From positions 1,248,001-1,312,000 of the forward strand of contig OZ223236.1 in the NCBI GenBank assembly GCA_965140445.1: a stretch of DNA of 64,000 nucleotides, read 5' to 3'. The position numbers were made by a program, and so were the translations under genes. Positions 9,033 through 17,749 of this stretch are shown here, one piece after another (the stretch's first letter is position 1; every line of letters starts with the position of its first letter). A model generated the notes under the pieces. That model had not been told where the DNA came from. It made no database searches and was given only the letters and a program-made list of their open reading frames with translations. The stretch is from Candidatus Ozemobacteraceae bacterium. Its GTDB lineage: Bacteria; Muiribacteriota; Ozemobacteria; Ozemobacterales; Ozemobacteraceae.

Positions 9033-9822
9033 ACTTTGGGTGCCAAACAATGCCATATGGATCGCTTGGCGCTGCCTGTAGATTGAAACATGGTTTCAAT
9101 CGTTCCATCCAGTCTTCAACCTTCTCTGCATCAACCTTTGGTGGCAATCTATTCGGGAGTTTTCCCGAGGCTGTTTTAAGAATAGAGTAAAGATAAACCA
9201 CGTAAGAAACCAGGTCGGAAAGTTGAATATAATATGATTCTTTTGAATCCTTTGGCAAAGGATCTTCTATCAAAGCAGAGATTTCTTTCCGGTATGAAGC
9301 TGGTCCGTATTTCGAAGGAATGAAATTAATTCGCTGAATCCTTCTGGATGTGAGCCTCATTTTACCTACACGACCAGGATCGGTGATAATTAGAAATTTG
9401 TTATCTGGATTTCTCAAAGGGTCTAAGTCATTTTCAATGCGCTGGATTGAGTATTTAAAAGCAGTATCTAACACCGGGTAATCTTGTTTTCTGATTCTAG
9501 GTTTCACGATGACAGTGTTAACTATTCGGAGATTAAGCTGAGCAATGAAATCGCAAAATTTATCCATTACCTCTAACCTTTTCTCATCAGACAAATTGAG
9601 CTTGGCATAAGGATTCTTATTCATTACGAATTGCTTTGTATGCATTTCAGTTTTTACCGGAAAACCAAAATCGTCTTTCAATAATCGGCGCAATTGATGA
9701 AGAGCGTCATAACCATTTTTCCAATGCAAGTAATGAAAATAGCAGGATGTTAGAACAAAAATAGGTGAAGAAAATTTTGGATAACCATCATCACCAGCTT
9801 CGTCATAATATGCAAGATACAT
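9031..9822 (-). CDS. DUF3800 family protein (RNase H-like fold)
   Basis: N-terminal YYDEAG, central EMH, C-terminal DSKESYYIQLSDLVSY; GGGAG RBS. Confidence 0.8.
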   Translation of the reverse strand: MYLAYYDEAGDDGYPKFSSPIFVLTSCYFHYLHWKNGYDALHQLRRLLKDDFGFPVKTEMHTKQFVMNKNPYAKLNLSDEKRLEVMDKFCDFIAQLNLRIVNTVIVKPRIRKQDYPVLDTAFKYSIQRIENDLDPLRNPDNKFLIITDPGRVGKMRLTSRRIQRINFIPSKYGPASYRKEISALIEDPLPKDSKESYYIQLSDLVSYVVYLYSILKTASGKLPNRLPPKVDAEKVEDWMERLKPCFNLQAAPSDPYGIVWHPK

Positions 9823-9927
9823 TCTTTTCTCCCAAAAGCATTTTTTGAAACAATATTATCAGCTTGTAATTACCTGAATCAACCCTGAGAGCTTTTTGAA
9901 AACATGGCGTATAAAGCAAATAAACTT

Positions 9928-10957
9928 CAATTTGCAATTTGGGGCCAATTTGGGTCGGACCAGAGCAATCACTTGTAAGCACTGGAAAATTTGCAAAAAA
10001 ACGGGTAGTTTTTAGTCTTAGAGATATGTTTTTGATTTGAAAATGAGACTTTTAAGAGGATAAAAAAATGCCACGAGCAAATAGATTCTTTTTGCCAAAC
10101 AAAGTTTGGCATATTACTCATCGGTGCCATAAAAGGGAGTTTTTGCTACAGTTTTCTAGAGATCGTAGAAGCTATATAAAATGGCTTTTTGAGGCAAAGA
10201 AGCGTTTTAAGCTGCGAATATTAAACTTCTGTGTTACCTCCAACCATATTCACCTATTGTTATGGGATTCGGGGAAATCAAATATACCTGCTGCAATTCA
10301 GTTAATTGCAAGCAGAGTTGCTCAAGAATATAATCAAAGAAAAAATAGAAACGGGGCGTTCTGGGAAGACAGATATCATGCAACTGCAATTGATTCTGGT
10401 GTATATTTGTTTCGATGTATGCTTTATATTGATTTGAATATGGTTAGAGCTGGAAAGGTTAAACATCCAAAAGAATGGGGGACTTCCGCTTTTCAAGAAC
10501 TTCTGCATCAAAAATCTCGCTATCAGATGATTGACCATGATAAAATTCTTGAATTACTCAACTTTAGAAGCTTCTGTGAATTCAAAATTACCTATGAAGA
10601 CTGTCTAGATAAACAGCTTAGGCTGGGCAAACTCACTAGTGATGCAACCTGGTCTAAAAGTATTGCAGTCGGAAGCAGAGCTTTCGTTGAATCCTTTAAA
10701 GATCAATTAGGAACTCCTGCCATAAAACGGAAAATAGCCAAATCGGACAATGCATTTTTTCTATCTGAAGAAAGCAAACCTTACAATGGCATTTTTAACC
10801 CCAATATCGAGTTTCTAAGAGGAAATAACAGCCACATTTGGCAGTGATTACTTTTGTTGAAGCTAATTTCCGTGGGTCCGACCCGAAAGTGAAGTGCCGA
10901 AAGTGGGAAAGTGACGAAAGTTCGGACCCGAAAGTTCGACGAAAGTTACCGAAAGTG
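9928..10957 (+). mobile_element. Y1/HUH (RAYT-like) element with inverted terminal motifs and irregular tandem repeats
   Basis: (CAATTT)x3-GGGTCGGACC at 9928-9961; GGTCCGACCC at 10875-10884 followed by seven GAAAGT and one GAAGT units. Confidence 0.8.
10068..10847 (+). CDS. REP-associated tyrosine transposase-like HUH (Y1) enzyme with C-terminal extension
   Basis: MPR..R start, WHITHRC, SNHIHLL (HUH), FWEDRYH, YIDLNMVRAG; GAGGA RBS. Confidence 0.92.
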   Translation: MPRANRFFLPNKVWHITHRCHKREFLLQFSRDRRSYIKWLFEAKKRFKLRILNFCVTSNHIHLLLWDSGKSNIPAAIQLIASRVAQEYNQRKNRNGAFWEDRYHATAIDSGVYLFRCMLYIDLNMVRAGKVKHPKEWGTSAFQELLHQKSRYQMIDHDKILELLNFRSFCEFKITYEDCLDKQLRLGKLTSDATWSKSIAVGSRAFVESFKDQLGTPAIKRKIAKSDNAFFLSEESKPYNGIFNPNIEFLRGNNSHIWQ

Positions 10958-11031
10958 GATTTTGCAGTATTTTACAAATTCAGGTTGAAATATAATTATT
11001 TCGATTGAGTAAGGGTTAAAGGAGCATAGAT

Positions 11032-11406
11032 ATGGGAAGTAATGCAGGAGTTTATTTCGAAATCCCTGTTCAGGATATGAAAAGGGCAGTTTCCTTCTAC
11101 GAAAATGTATTTGATATCGAACTGGAATTGATGATTATCGATGGTAACGATATGGCATTATTTCCTTTCGACAAAAACTCTTCTGGTATAACAGGTGCGC
11201 TGGCGAAGGGTGACAGTTACATTCCGGGAAAGCAAGGCGCACGGATTTATTTCTTTACTAACGACATTGATTCAACCATGGTGAAAGTCATTTCAGCTGG
11301 TGGCCTGGAGCTTTATCCAAAAACTTCTGTTGCTAATTGGGGGTGGGTCGCAGAATTTCAGGATTCTGAAGGAAATTGCATTGCGCTTCACCAGAAAAGT
11401 GCTTAG
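11032..11406 (+). CDS. VOC/glyoxalase family protein
   Basis: YFEIPVQDMKRAVSFYENVF, FQDSEGNCIALH; AAGGAG RBS. Confidence 0.9.
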   Translation: MGSNAGVYFEIPVQDMKRAVSFYENVFDIELELMIIDGNDMALFPFDKNSSGITGALAKGDSYIPGKQGARIYFFTNDIDSTMVKVISAGGLELYPKTSVANWGWVAEFQDSEGNCIALHQKSA

Positions 11407-11446
11407 CTAATTTTTGCATCGTCTTTCGCACGCCATTGTAACTTTT

Positions 11447-11671
11447 GAAATAATCTTCTTCTAGGAAATTGCCGTTTTCCATACTCTTTTTATCAAGCAC
11501 ATAATTCTTAATGGCAAATTTCTGCAAAGCCCGAGTGGCCCATTGTCGAAATTAACTTTTGTGACAGCCATATGGACTCTTTCTCGTATCTCGCTTCAAT
11601 GCTTTGTTCGCGTCTGGCCGGTAAAATTAGAGATTCTGCTGGCTGTTGCGAATCTACGGACTGTTTTTCAT
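11447..11671 (-). pseudogene. rhuM: RhuM-family gene remnant (frameshifted, internally deleted)
   Basis: Segments IRNS..AE.LI..GQ..SIEARYE..SIWLSQKL joined directly to FRQWATRALQKFAIKNYVLDKKSMENGNFLEEDYF. Confidence 0.7.
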
Positions 11672-11790
11672 ATCAGAGTCGCCGTAAAAACTTCTCAGGA
11701 TTTGTTTTTTATTCCAACCGACAATACTATGCTTAATCCCCGGATGAGGAAAATTCAATTCCTTGCATATTGGCAGTGAAATTCTCTTAA

Positions 11791-13032
11791 TTAATATAGC
11801 CACAGCTCAACATCTGGTTTCTTGGAGATAAAAATAGATACGGCGTTTCTTTTTTGGGGAGACAATTTTAATGGAAGATTTTTGAAAAAGAAGTTTGGAA
11901 CTCCCAATTTATTCTGAACTTCTTTTGGGACTGGTTTCTCGCCGAATTTCTTATTTATCCATAATAGCTTAGGTAGATTGGAAACCAGCTCAAAACTTGC
12001 TTCTAGCAATAAATATTCTCCTAACAAACTAAAGGAATCATTTATTTGTAACTCAGTTAAAACTTGATTGTTGAAAGGATGAAGTTTTTTCTCACGAGTT
12101 TTTTTTGTCCAAAGTTCCACTTCAGTATTAAGCTTTGCATAATCTTGCTCTGTAAATTTTTCTGGTAGTTCAAGGAAGGAATTGTAGAATTTTTCAATTT
12201 CTTCAGATGGTTTTCCTATAAGCTTCTCTGAAAGGAAATATCCAAGGTTTCCCATCTTCTTTTTCTGATGGAGCTCAACCTTTGACAAATAAACCATTTC
12301 GCCCTTGACAACATCTTTCCAGGAAATTGAGACCGCATTAATTTGTTTCAACGTTTCAATTATTTTTTTCATTTCTGCGAAGGGAATTTTTTTTTGATAA
12401 AAAGCATTGGAAATAGATCGAAGGACGCTGGAACAGCTGAATGCAAAGGTTTTATAATCTTGAACCCTGGTATGATTTTGAGAGCCTCTCATAAGAATTT
12501 GGCACAAAACAATTGTGGCAAGAGAAATCCTGGAACCGAACTTAAAATTACCCAACTCAATAGCTTTAGCGCCAAGTATTGTGAAAAACTGAATCTGATC
12601 ATGCACAGAATAATATTCATAGGTTTTATTAAGAAGACAATCTTTTGATGCCAAAGCTGCTAGATTAGATTTATTTGGCTCTAATGCTGTACAAAAGGAT
12701 TCTAAAAATTCAGATTCACTTTTTAAAATTGCAGCAAGCTTGGTATTTAGACCATTTAGTTTTGGGCTAGATTCGCCAGGTTCCCATACCAATCGGAACC
12801 AGGCAAAATACTGCATTGCATCTTGAAATTCCGCAATTTTCGGATAAACAGCCTCTAATAGAGGGTTAATTTTTTGGTCAAAAGACGTGTCTTCTTTATA
12901 ATTGAAAAGTGCGCTGGAATAAAGAGTTGGAATCCAAAGCTTGGTGCAGTAACTTTTTAAAAATAAAACTCCTGCAAATCCGGCACCAATCAAAAAGAAA
13001 CAGACTGTTACTATCAAAATACTTTTTTTCAT
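11791..13032 (-). CDS. Hypothetical protein with N-terminal signal/membrane anchor
   Basis: 413-aa ORF, hydrophobic N-terminus; no recognised motif. Confidence 0.7.
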   Translation of the reverse strand: MKKSILIVTVCFFLIGAGFAGVLFLKSYCTKLWIPTLYSSALFNYKEDTSFDQKINPLLEAVYPKIAEFQDAMQYFAWFRLVWEPGESSPKLNGLNTKLAAILKSESEFLESFCTALEPNKSNLAALASKDCLLNKTYEYYSVHDQIQFFTILGAKAIELGNFKFGSRISLATIVLCQILMRGSQNHTRVQDYKTFAFSCSSVLRSISNAFYQKKIPFAEMKKIIETLKQINAVSISWKDVVKGEMVYLSKVELHQKKKMGNLGYFLSEKLIGKPSEEIEKFYNSFLELPEKFTEQDYAKLNTEVELWTKKTREKKLHPFNNQVLTELQINDSFSLLGEYLLLEASFELVSNLPKLLWINKKFGEKPVPKEVQNKLGVPNFFFKNLPLKLSPQKRNAVSIFISKKPDVELWLY

Positions 13033-13228
13033 TAATTTGTCCTAATAGCATTTTTCCAATGATACGCACATCAGGAAAAAAAGTAACCAGGTCTTATAGA
13101 GCAGCAATCGGGGTGGATCGGCCCGTGGATCGCGTGGATCCGGACTACTAAAAGCATCTTAAACTCAATATAAATGATGAAATAAGAGGGCGAAAATCAA
13201 GAAGAAATTGCCTTTCTAAGAGAAAAAA
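13030..13228. repeat. Direct repeat B, copy 2
   Basis: Matches 8168-8370, with a 4-bp deletion (AGGT) in the terminal motif. Confidence 0.9.
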
Positions 13229-13266
13229 TAGAAAACAAAATTTATACAATTCGCGGGCATAGGGTT

Positions 13267-13734
13267 ATGATCGACTCTGATCTCGCAGTCTTGTATGAAG
13301 TTGAAACAAAACGGCTAAATGAACAGGTTAAGCGAAATTCAGAGCGTTTCCCAGCTAGTTTTATGTTTCAATTAACCTTGGAAGAAGAAGAGGTTTTGAG
13401 GTCGCAGATTGCGACCTCAAAATTTTCTACAGAAAATCGCGGTGGTAGAAGGTATGCTATAAATGCTTTTACCGAGCATGGCATTCTGATGCTCGCCAAT
13501 GTTCTAAGAAGCAAGCGGGCAATAGCGGTAAGCATTCAGATCATAGAGGAGTTTCTCAGGCTAAGGCAATTAGCATCAATCAATGTTGAAATTGCCAGCA
13601 AAATTAAAGAACTTGAAAAGTCTGTCAGAGAAAATCGCAGCGATATCAAGCTGATTTTTAATGCCATTAACACTATGCTAAAGCCAGGAACCAGGAAAAA
13701 ACCCAAAATTGGCTTCAATCCTGACGGTCACTGA
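13267..13734 (+). CDS. ORF6N-domain DNA-binding protein; native N-terminus probably lost
   Basis: IENKIYTIRGHRVMIDSDLAVLYEVETKRLNEQVKRN..RFP..FMFQLT; AFTEHGILMLA; C-terminal KIGF. Confidence 0.85.
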   Translation: MIDSDLAVLYEVETKRLNEQVKRNSERFPASFMFQLTLEEEEVLRSQIATSKFSTENRGGRRYAINAFTEHGILMLANVLRSKRAIAVSIQIIEEFLRLRQLASINVEIASKIKELEKSVRENRSDIKLIFNAINTMLKPGTRKKPKIGFNPDGH

Positions 13735-13823
13735 TCTTTTTCAAAGAGGTCGAAGAGCCGTCTCAAAAAGCCTAAAACGAAAAATTCCTCGTCTTGGACG
13801 AGAAATTGATCGGTGCCGGGGAC
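13678..13823 (+). repeat. Direct repeat A, copy 2
   Basis: Matches 6822-6967. Confidence 0.9.
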
Positions 13824-13853
13824 CCATGCCAAGCTATTTTCTCGTTCAAAAAA

Positions 13854-15641
13854 CTATTCTAAAGTCAACCCCATCTCCGTGAGAAAAATTGAAGGGCCAT
13901 AGGTGAATCTTCTTCCATACTGATTTTCATAGTAACCAGACCAAAGTAAATGTATGTCAGATTTTGCCCTGCTTATTGCAACGTGAAACAACCTTCGACG
14001 TTCATGAATATCTTGGAGGGTTGAATTATATGTCCTTGGAAAAAAGCCTTGATCAAGAAAAGGAATAATAACTGTTCTATATTCCAATCCCTTTGATGAA
14101 TGAATTGTGCTTAAATTCAAATATTCCTTATCCCCACCCATTTTTCCAAACTCTTCTAGGGTAAATGATGAAAGCGCACCTTTCTTACTTACACTTTCCA
14201 GAAAAATCTCAAATTCCTTTAAATCATCCTCTATTTCAAAATTACTTTCCAGATCATTAAATGCTTCACTCTGGCGAAAAAGCGATAGCCACTCACCTAA
14301 GAAAAATTTCTGCTTTCTTCCCTGAAACAAAAAGTTGCAAATTTTCTGATTCAATACATTTTCACTATCTTCACGCCAATTATTACACAGCTTTTGCCAA
14401 TCATTAAAAATTTGATTTAAACCTAAACCACAAGAATTTTCATCACCCGTAGACCACTTTGCGCACATTTCCAGAAAGTCAGTTATTCTCGTTCTTGTAT
14501 ACCAACCTTCCTTATCAAATCTACAAAATTTATGACCAACTTTTTGCGCAACTTCAGCCAGTCTATTCCCTTGGTATTTGTCTTGATACAAAACGCCTAT
14601 TTCACCTAGGAATGTCCCCTTAGCCAAAAGGTTTGGTATTATTGATGTAAATATTCGTTCAGTCTGTTCAGAGTGACCTTTCGGACATTGATGCACATTA
14701 CACCTTTCAGCAAAAGCTCGAAGGTCAAGCTTATTATCTTGATCTTCGCGCACAATCTCCAATCCATTTGAGGGTTTCACAGACTTAGAGTTCCATCTAT
14801 ACGATTTTCTTAAGCGAATCGCTGTGACATTTTCTCTATTGGCCAATTCTTCCAACAATATCGGATTACTTCCATTGAACGCATAGATTGATTGATGTGG
14901 GTCCCCTGCTGCAAAAAGCGTGATATTCTCTTCAAAACATAACTCTTTAACTAAGCCATGAAGAGCCACACCAAGATCTTGATATTCATCAACAAAAAGA
15001 GCAGGAAACTTTGCTTTTAGTATTTTTCTTACCCAATTATGTTTTTTTACAAGCTGAAGAGAGATTAGAACAATCGAATCGTAATCAATTAAACCTTGAG
15101 CCTCGATTCTTTTCTCATACTCTTCAATTATTGGGCGTTCAAGAACATTGTTATGCCAATCTTTCGTTTCTCTTAAAATATTGATTCTTCTAAAAAGTTG
15201 AATTTCTTTCCATTTAATATCCTCTCTAAAAGGGAAAATTGATTCGATACTTTCAAGTCCAATTTTATCAATTACAGATTTAGGGGGTATCCTGAATTCA
15301 TATGGATTTTTGCTTGTGACTAATTCGTAAAATGGTCGGAAAATTTCTTGAAAACAGAATGAATGGACTGTACCAATAAAGCAAGACCTAAGAGCAATTG
15401 GCGAGATGAGAGAAATTCTATTTCTTAGCTCTTTTACGCATTGATTGCTGTATGTCAAACAAGCAATTTTTCTTCCTGGAGAAACAGTTTCTGACATAAC
15501 AGCGAGCTTAGTTATCATGACTTGAGTTTTACCGGTTCCTGGACCTGCTAAAAGAACGCAATTACCTGTATGTTCTAGAGCTTTTCTCTGTTCAAGGTTG
15601 TCTTTTAACTCAGAGATTGCAAGGGACAATCGTTTTTTCAT
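13854..15641 (-). CDS. gajB: UvrD-like helicase, Gabija GajB
   Basis: AGPGTGKT, VDEYQD, GDPHQSIY, TIHSSKGLEY, RRLFHVAISRAK; ATGA overlap with the upstream OLD-family gene. Confidence 0.8.
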   Translation of the reverse strand: MKKRLSLAISELKDNLEQRKALEHTGNCVLLAGPGTGKTQVMITKLAVMSETVSPGRKIACLTYSNQCVKELRNRISLISPIALRSCFIGTVHSFCFQEIFRPFYELVTSKNPYEFRIPPKSVIDKIGLESIESIFPFREDIKWKEIQLFRRINILRETKDWHNNVLERPIIEEYEKRIEAQGLIDYDSIVLISLQLVKKHNWVRKILKAKFPALFVDEYQDLGVALHGLVKELCFEENITLFAAGDPHQSIYAFNGSNPILLEELANRENVTAIRLRKSYRWNSKSVKPSNGLEIVREDQDNKLDLRAFAERCNVHQCPKGHSEQTERIFTSIIPNLLAKGTFLGEIGVLYQDKYQGNRLAEVAQKVGHKFCRFDKEGWYTRTRITDFLEMCAKWSTGDENSCGLGLNQIFNDWQKLCNNWREDSENVLNQKICNFLFQGRKQKFFLGEWLSLFRQSEAFNDLESNFEIEDDLKEFEIFLESVSKKGALSSFTLEEFGKMGGDKEYLNLSTIHSSKGLEYRTVIIPFLDQGFFPRTYNSTLQDIHERRRLFHVAISRAKSDIHLLWSGYYENQYGRRFTYGPSIFLTEMGLTLE

Positions 15642-17470
15642 CTGACTTTTTCAACCAGAAAATTGATCGCCTTAACAATGTATTCGGGCCTTGTAATATC
15701 CGTTATAGGCTCATTTTCAATATACCAAGCTAATCTTTGCGCAAACCGACCTTTACCAACATATTCAATATCGCTTAAGAAACGCTTTGGTTCTTTCAAT
15801 TTTGGGACAATCCCACCTTCATATCTTGCCGCAATCTGAGAAAACCTTTTCTTTGCCACCTTAACAGGACACAAATCTTGCATTACTCTGTTCATTAATG
15901 GGATAAATCCGGCATAGTACAATTCAATTTCCAGAGTACTGGAATTCATAAAAATCCCAAAAGCTTCACTATACGTTTTTTTAGCCACTACACCTTCTTT
16001 AAGCCTCTTTGAGAGAATTGAATTTTGAATCAAATTTCTGACTCTTTTATCCCCAAGGTTCTTCCGGCTATTTAAGATCATTTTCTGTGGATCCAAGTCT
16101 GTTAAAACTGCAAAAGGAAAATCCAAGCTTAATGGGCCAAAGTATTTCACATACGGTTCAAAATTTGTTCCCGAGATTGAACACACGGAAATTCCTAAGG
16201 CATCCAAATTATATCCAGCTTTCTTCGCTAAAGCAGGAATCAAAATTTTCTCTGCATCGCCTTCAACAAACAGAATTGCTTTAGAAAATAACGCTTCTGC
16301 TCTTGTAACATCTAAATATCTTTCAATATCATCAGCCTCAGATTCTGTTAGGGGAATGTTTGCCGAGGATTTGGCGACAGTTTCACCATTGATAGATTTT
16401 TTGAGCAAAACAATAGAATTTAAAGGCGTGGAACTTGCAATACTAGGAGAATGAGAGGTCAAAATGAAGTTTTTTCGACTTGCTTCGGAACTTACGGTTT
16501 GAGCTTCGTTCTTCTTCCTAAGCAAACTACCAAAAACCGTTCTTTGGAGATGTGGATGAAGATGCGCTTCAGGTTCTTCAATGGCAAAAAAGGTATGAAG
16601 TCGTGGCTTCTCTGGGCTTGAGGGTAGCTCAAGCTCCAAGGACTTTAGAACCAAATATAGAACATTTGAACTTCCAAGACTTGCTTCATCTATACCTCTA
16701 CGGCCATCGTCGAAGTGTATATTAAGGTTTCTTAGGAGCTTTTCAGGGGTAGTTGGCAAGAAACCTAGGTTAGTTGTGTAAGCCTGTAATTTCCCAGCTG
16801 TATCCAAAAACCGTTTGTTTATTCTATCAGTAAGAGCTTTTAGCTGAGGTAAATCCGCAACCTGATTTGTGGCATCAAATACCTCTTCGGCGACTCTTGC
16901 AAGCTCCTTAGGATTGACACCTTCGCTAGCTTCTTCTATCAAAGGTTTCAAAGGTGACTTCGCCCATCTATCCAAATCAGCTTCTGTATCTCTTAGCGCT
17001 GGCAATAGCTCCATTGGGACCATTTTTCTTAACGAATATTTAATCTGGTTTTCACGATTTGCCCCACCCCATATTTCGAAGTCATAATTCTGTAGGGCCG
17101 GTTTTTGCGAGTTCCATCTATCCCCTGGGTAAAATTCATAATTAATCTGAGCGACTATAGGATCAGTTTTTACAAGATATCTACTTAATGCTGCCAATAA
17201 CCCTTCATCGTCTTCAAAATCTTGCAATTCAGCCATTATCGAGATTTTTTTCATATTTTGAATTGGCGATTCAATTCCATCAAAAAAATCAGTTTCTTTC
17301 AAATAACGTTTTGAATCAGGAAGACTTGGATCAAACAAAATACGCAAGGCATGGAGGAAGTTGGATTTTCCAACTTGATTTTCCCCTAGTATCAAAACAG
17401 AATCGCTTAAATCAACATCTAGTTTCAGAAAGTTTCTAAAATTTCTAATTTGCACCCGAGAAATTTTCAT
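15638..17470 (-). CDS. gajA: OLD-family ABC ATPase + TOPRIM nuclease, Gabija GajA
   Basis: MKISRVQIRNFRNF start with GAGG RBS; GENQVGKSN, IEEPEAHLHP, TSHSP, FVEGDAE, LTDLD. Confidence 0.82.
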   Translation of the reverse strand: MKISRVQIRNFRNFLKLDVDLSDSVLILGENQVGKSNFLHALRILFDPSLPDSKRYLKETDFFDGIESPIQNMKKISIMAELQDFEDDEGLLAALSRYLVKTDPIVAQINYEFYPGDRWNSQKPALQNYDFEIWGGANRENQIKYSLRKMVPMELLPALRDTEADLDRWAKSPLKPLIEEASEGVNPKELARVAEEVFDATNQVADLPQLKALTDRINKRFLDTAGKLQAYTTNLGFLPTTPEKLLRNLNIHFDDGRRGIDEASLGSSNVLYLVLKSLELELPSSPEKPRLHTFFAIEEPEAHLHPHLQRTVFGSLLRKKNEAQTVSSEASRKNFILTSHSPSIASSTPLNSIVLLKKSINGETVAKSSANIPLTESEADDIERYLDVTRAEALFSKAILFVEGDAEKILIPALAKKAGYNLDALGISVCSISGTNFEPYVKYFGPLSLDFPFAVLTDLDPQKMILNSRKNLGDKRVRNLIQNSILSKRLKEGVVAKKTYSEAFGIFMNSSTLEIELYYAGFIPLMNRVMQDLCPVKVAKKRFSQIAARYEGGIVPKLKEPKRFLSDIEYVGKGRFAQRLAWYIENEPITDITRPEYIVKAINFLVEKVR

Positions 17471-17550
17471 CAAAAGGATCCTCATTAACAAGCTTAGCAA
17501 GTTATGTTTCATTATATTCAAACCACAAGTCTGAGGCAATGTTTTATTTG

Positions 17551-17567
17551 GTGGATCGGGTCGGACC
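17551..17567. repeat. RAYT-type left end motif
   Basis: GTGGATC-GGGTCGGACC: same repeat unit as 8251-8278 and same core as 9952-9961. Confidence 0.7.
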
Positions 17568-17749
17568 AACCTATCTTTTTTTTGCCAGCCTTAAGATCAT
17601 TTTTTCCAGACATAAAATGTAAAACGCTGGCTATTAATACTTGAGTTTGCTACCAAATCATTTAATTTGATATAGTATTTGGATTGGAGAACGTTCGTTT
17701 TAGGTAAATTTTTCAAAATGCTGATAAGAAAAAGAAGAGGATACGTATT

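Noticed and set aside
10875..10957. CRISPR array
   Set aside because: Units are 6 bp with 0-8 nt linkers; no spacers of CRISPR length and no cas genes
17471..17569. N-terminal extension of GajA in the ORF track
   Set aside because: Runs through the RAYT end motif; the family-typical start MKISRV at 17470 has an RBS
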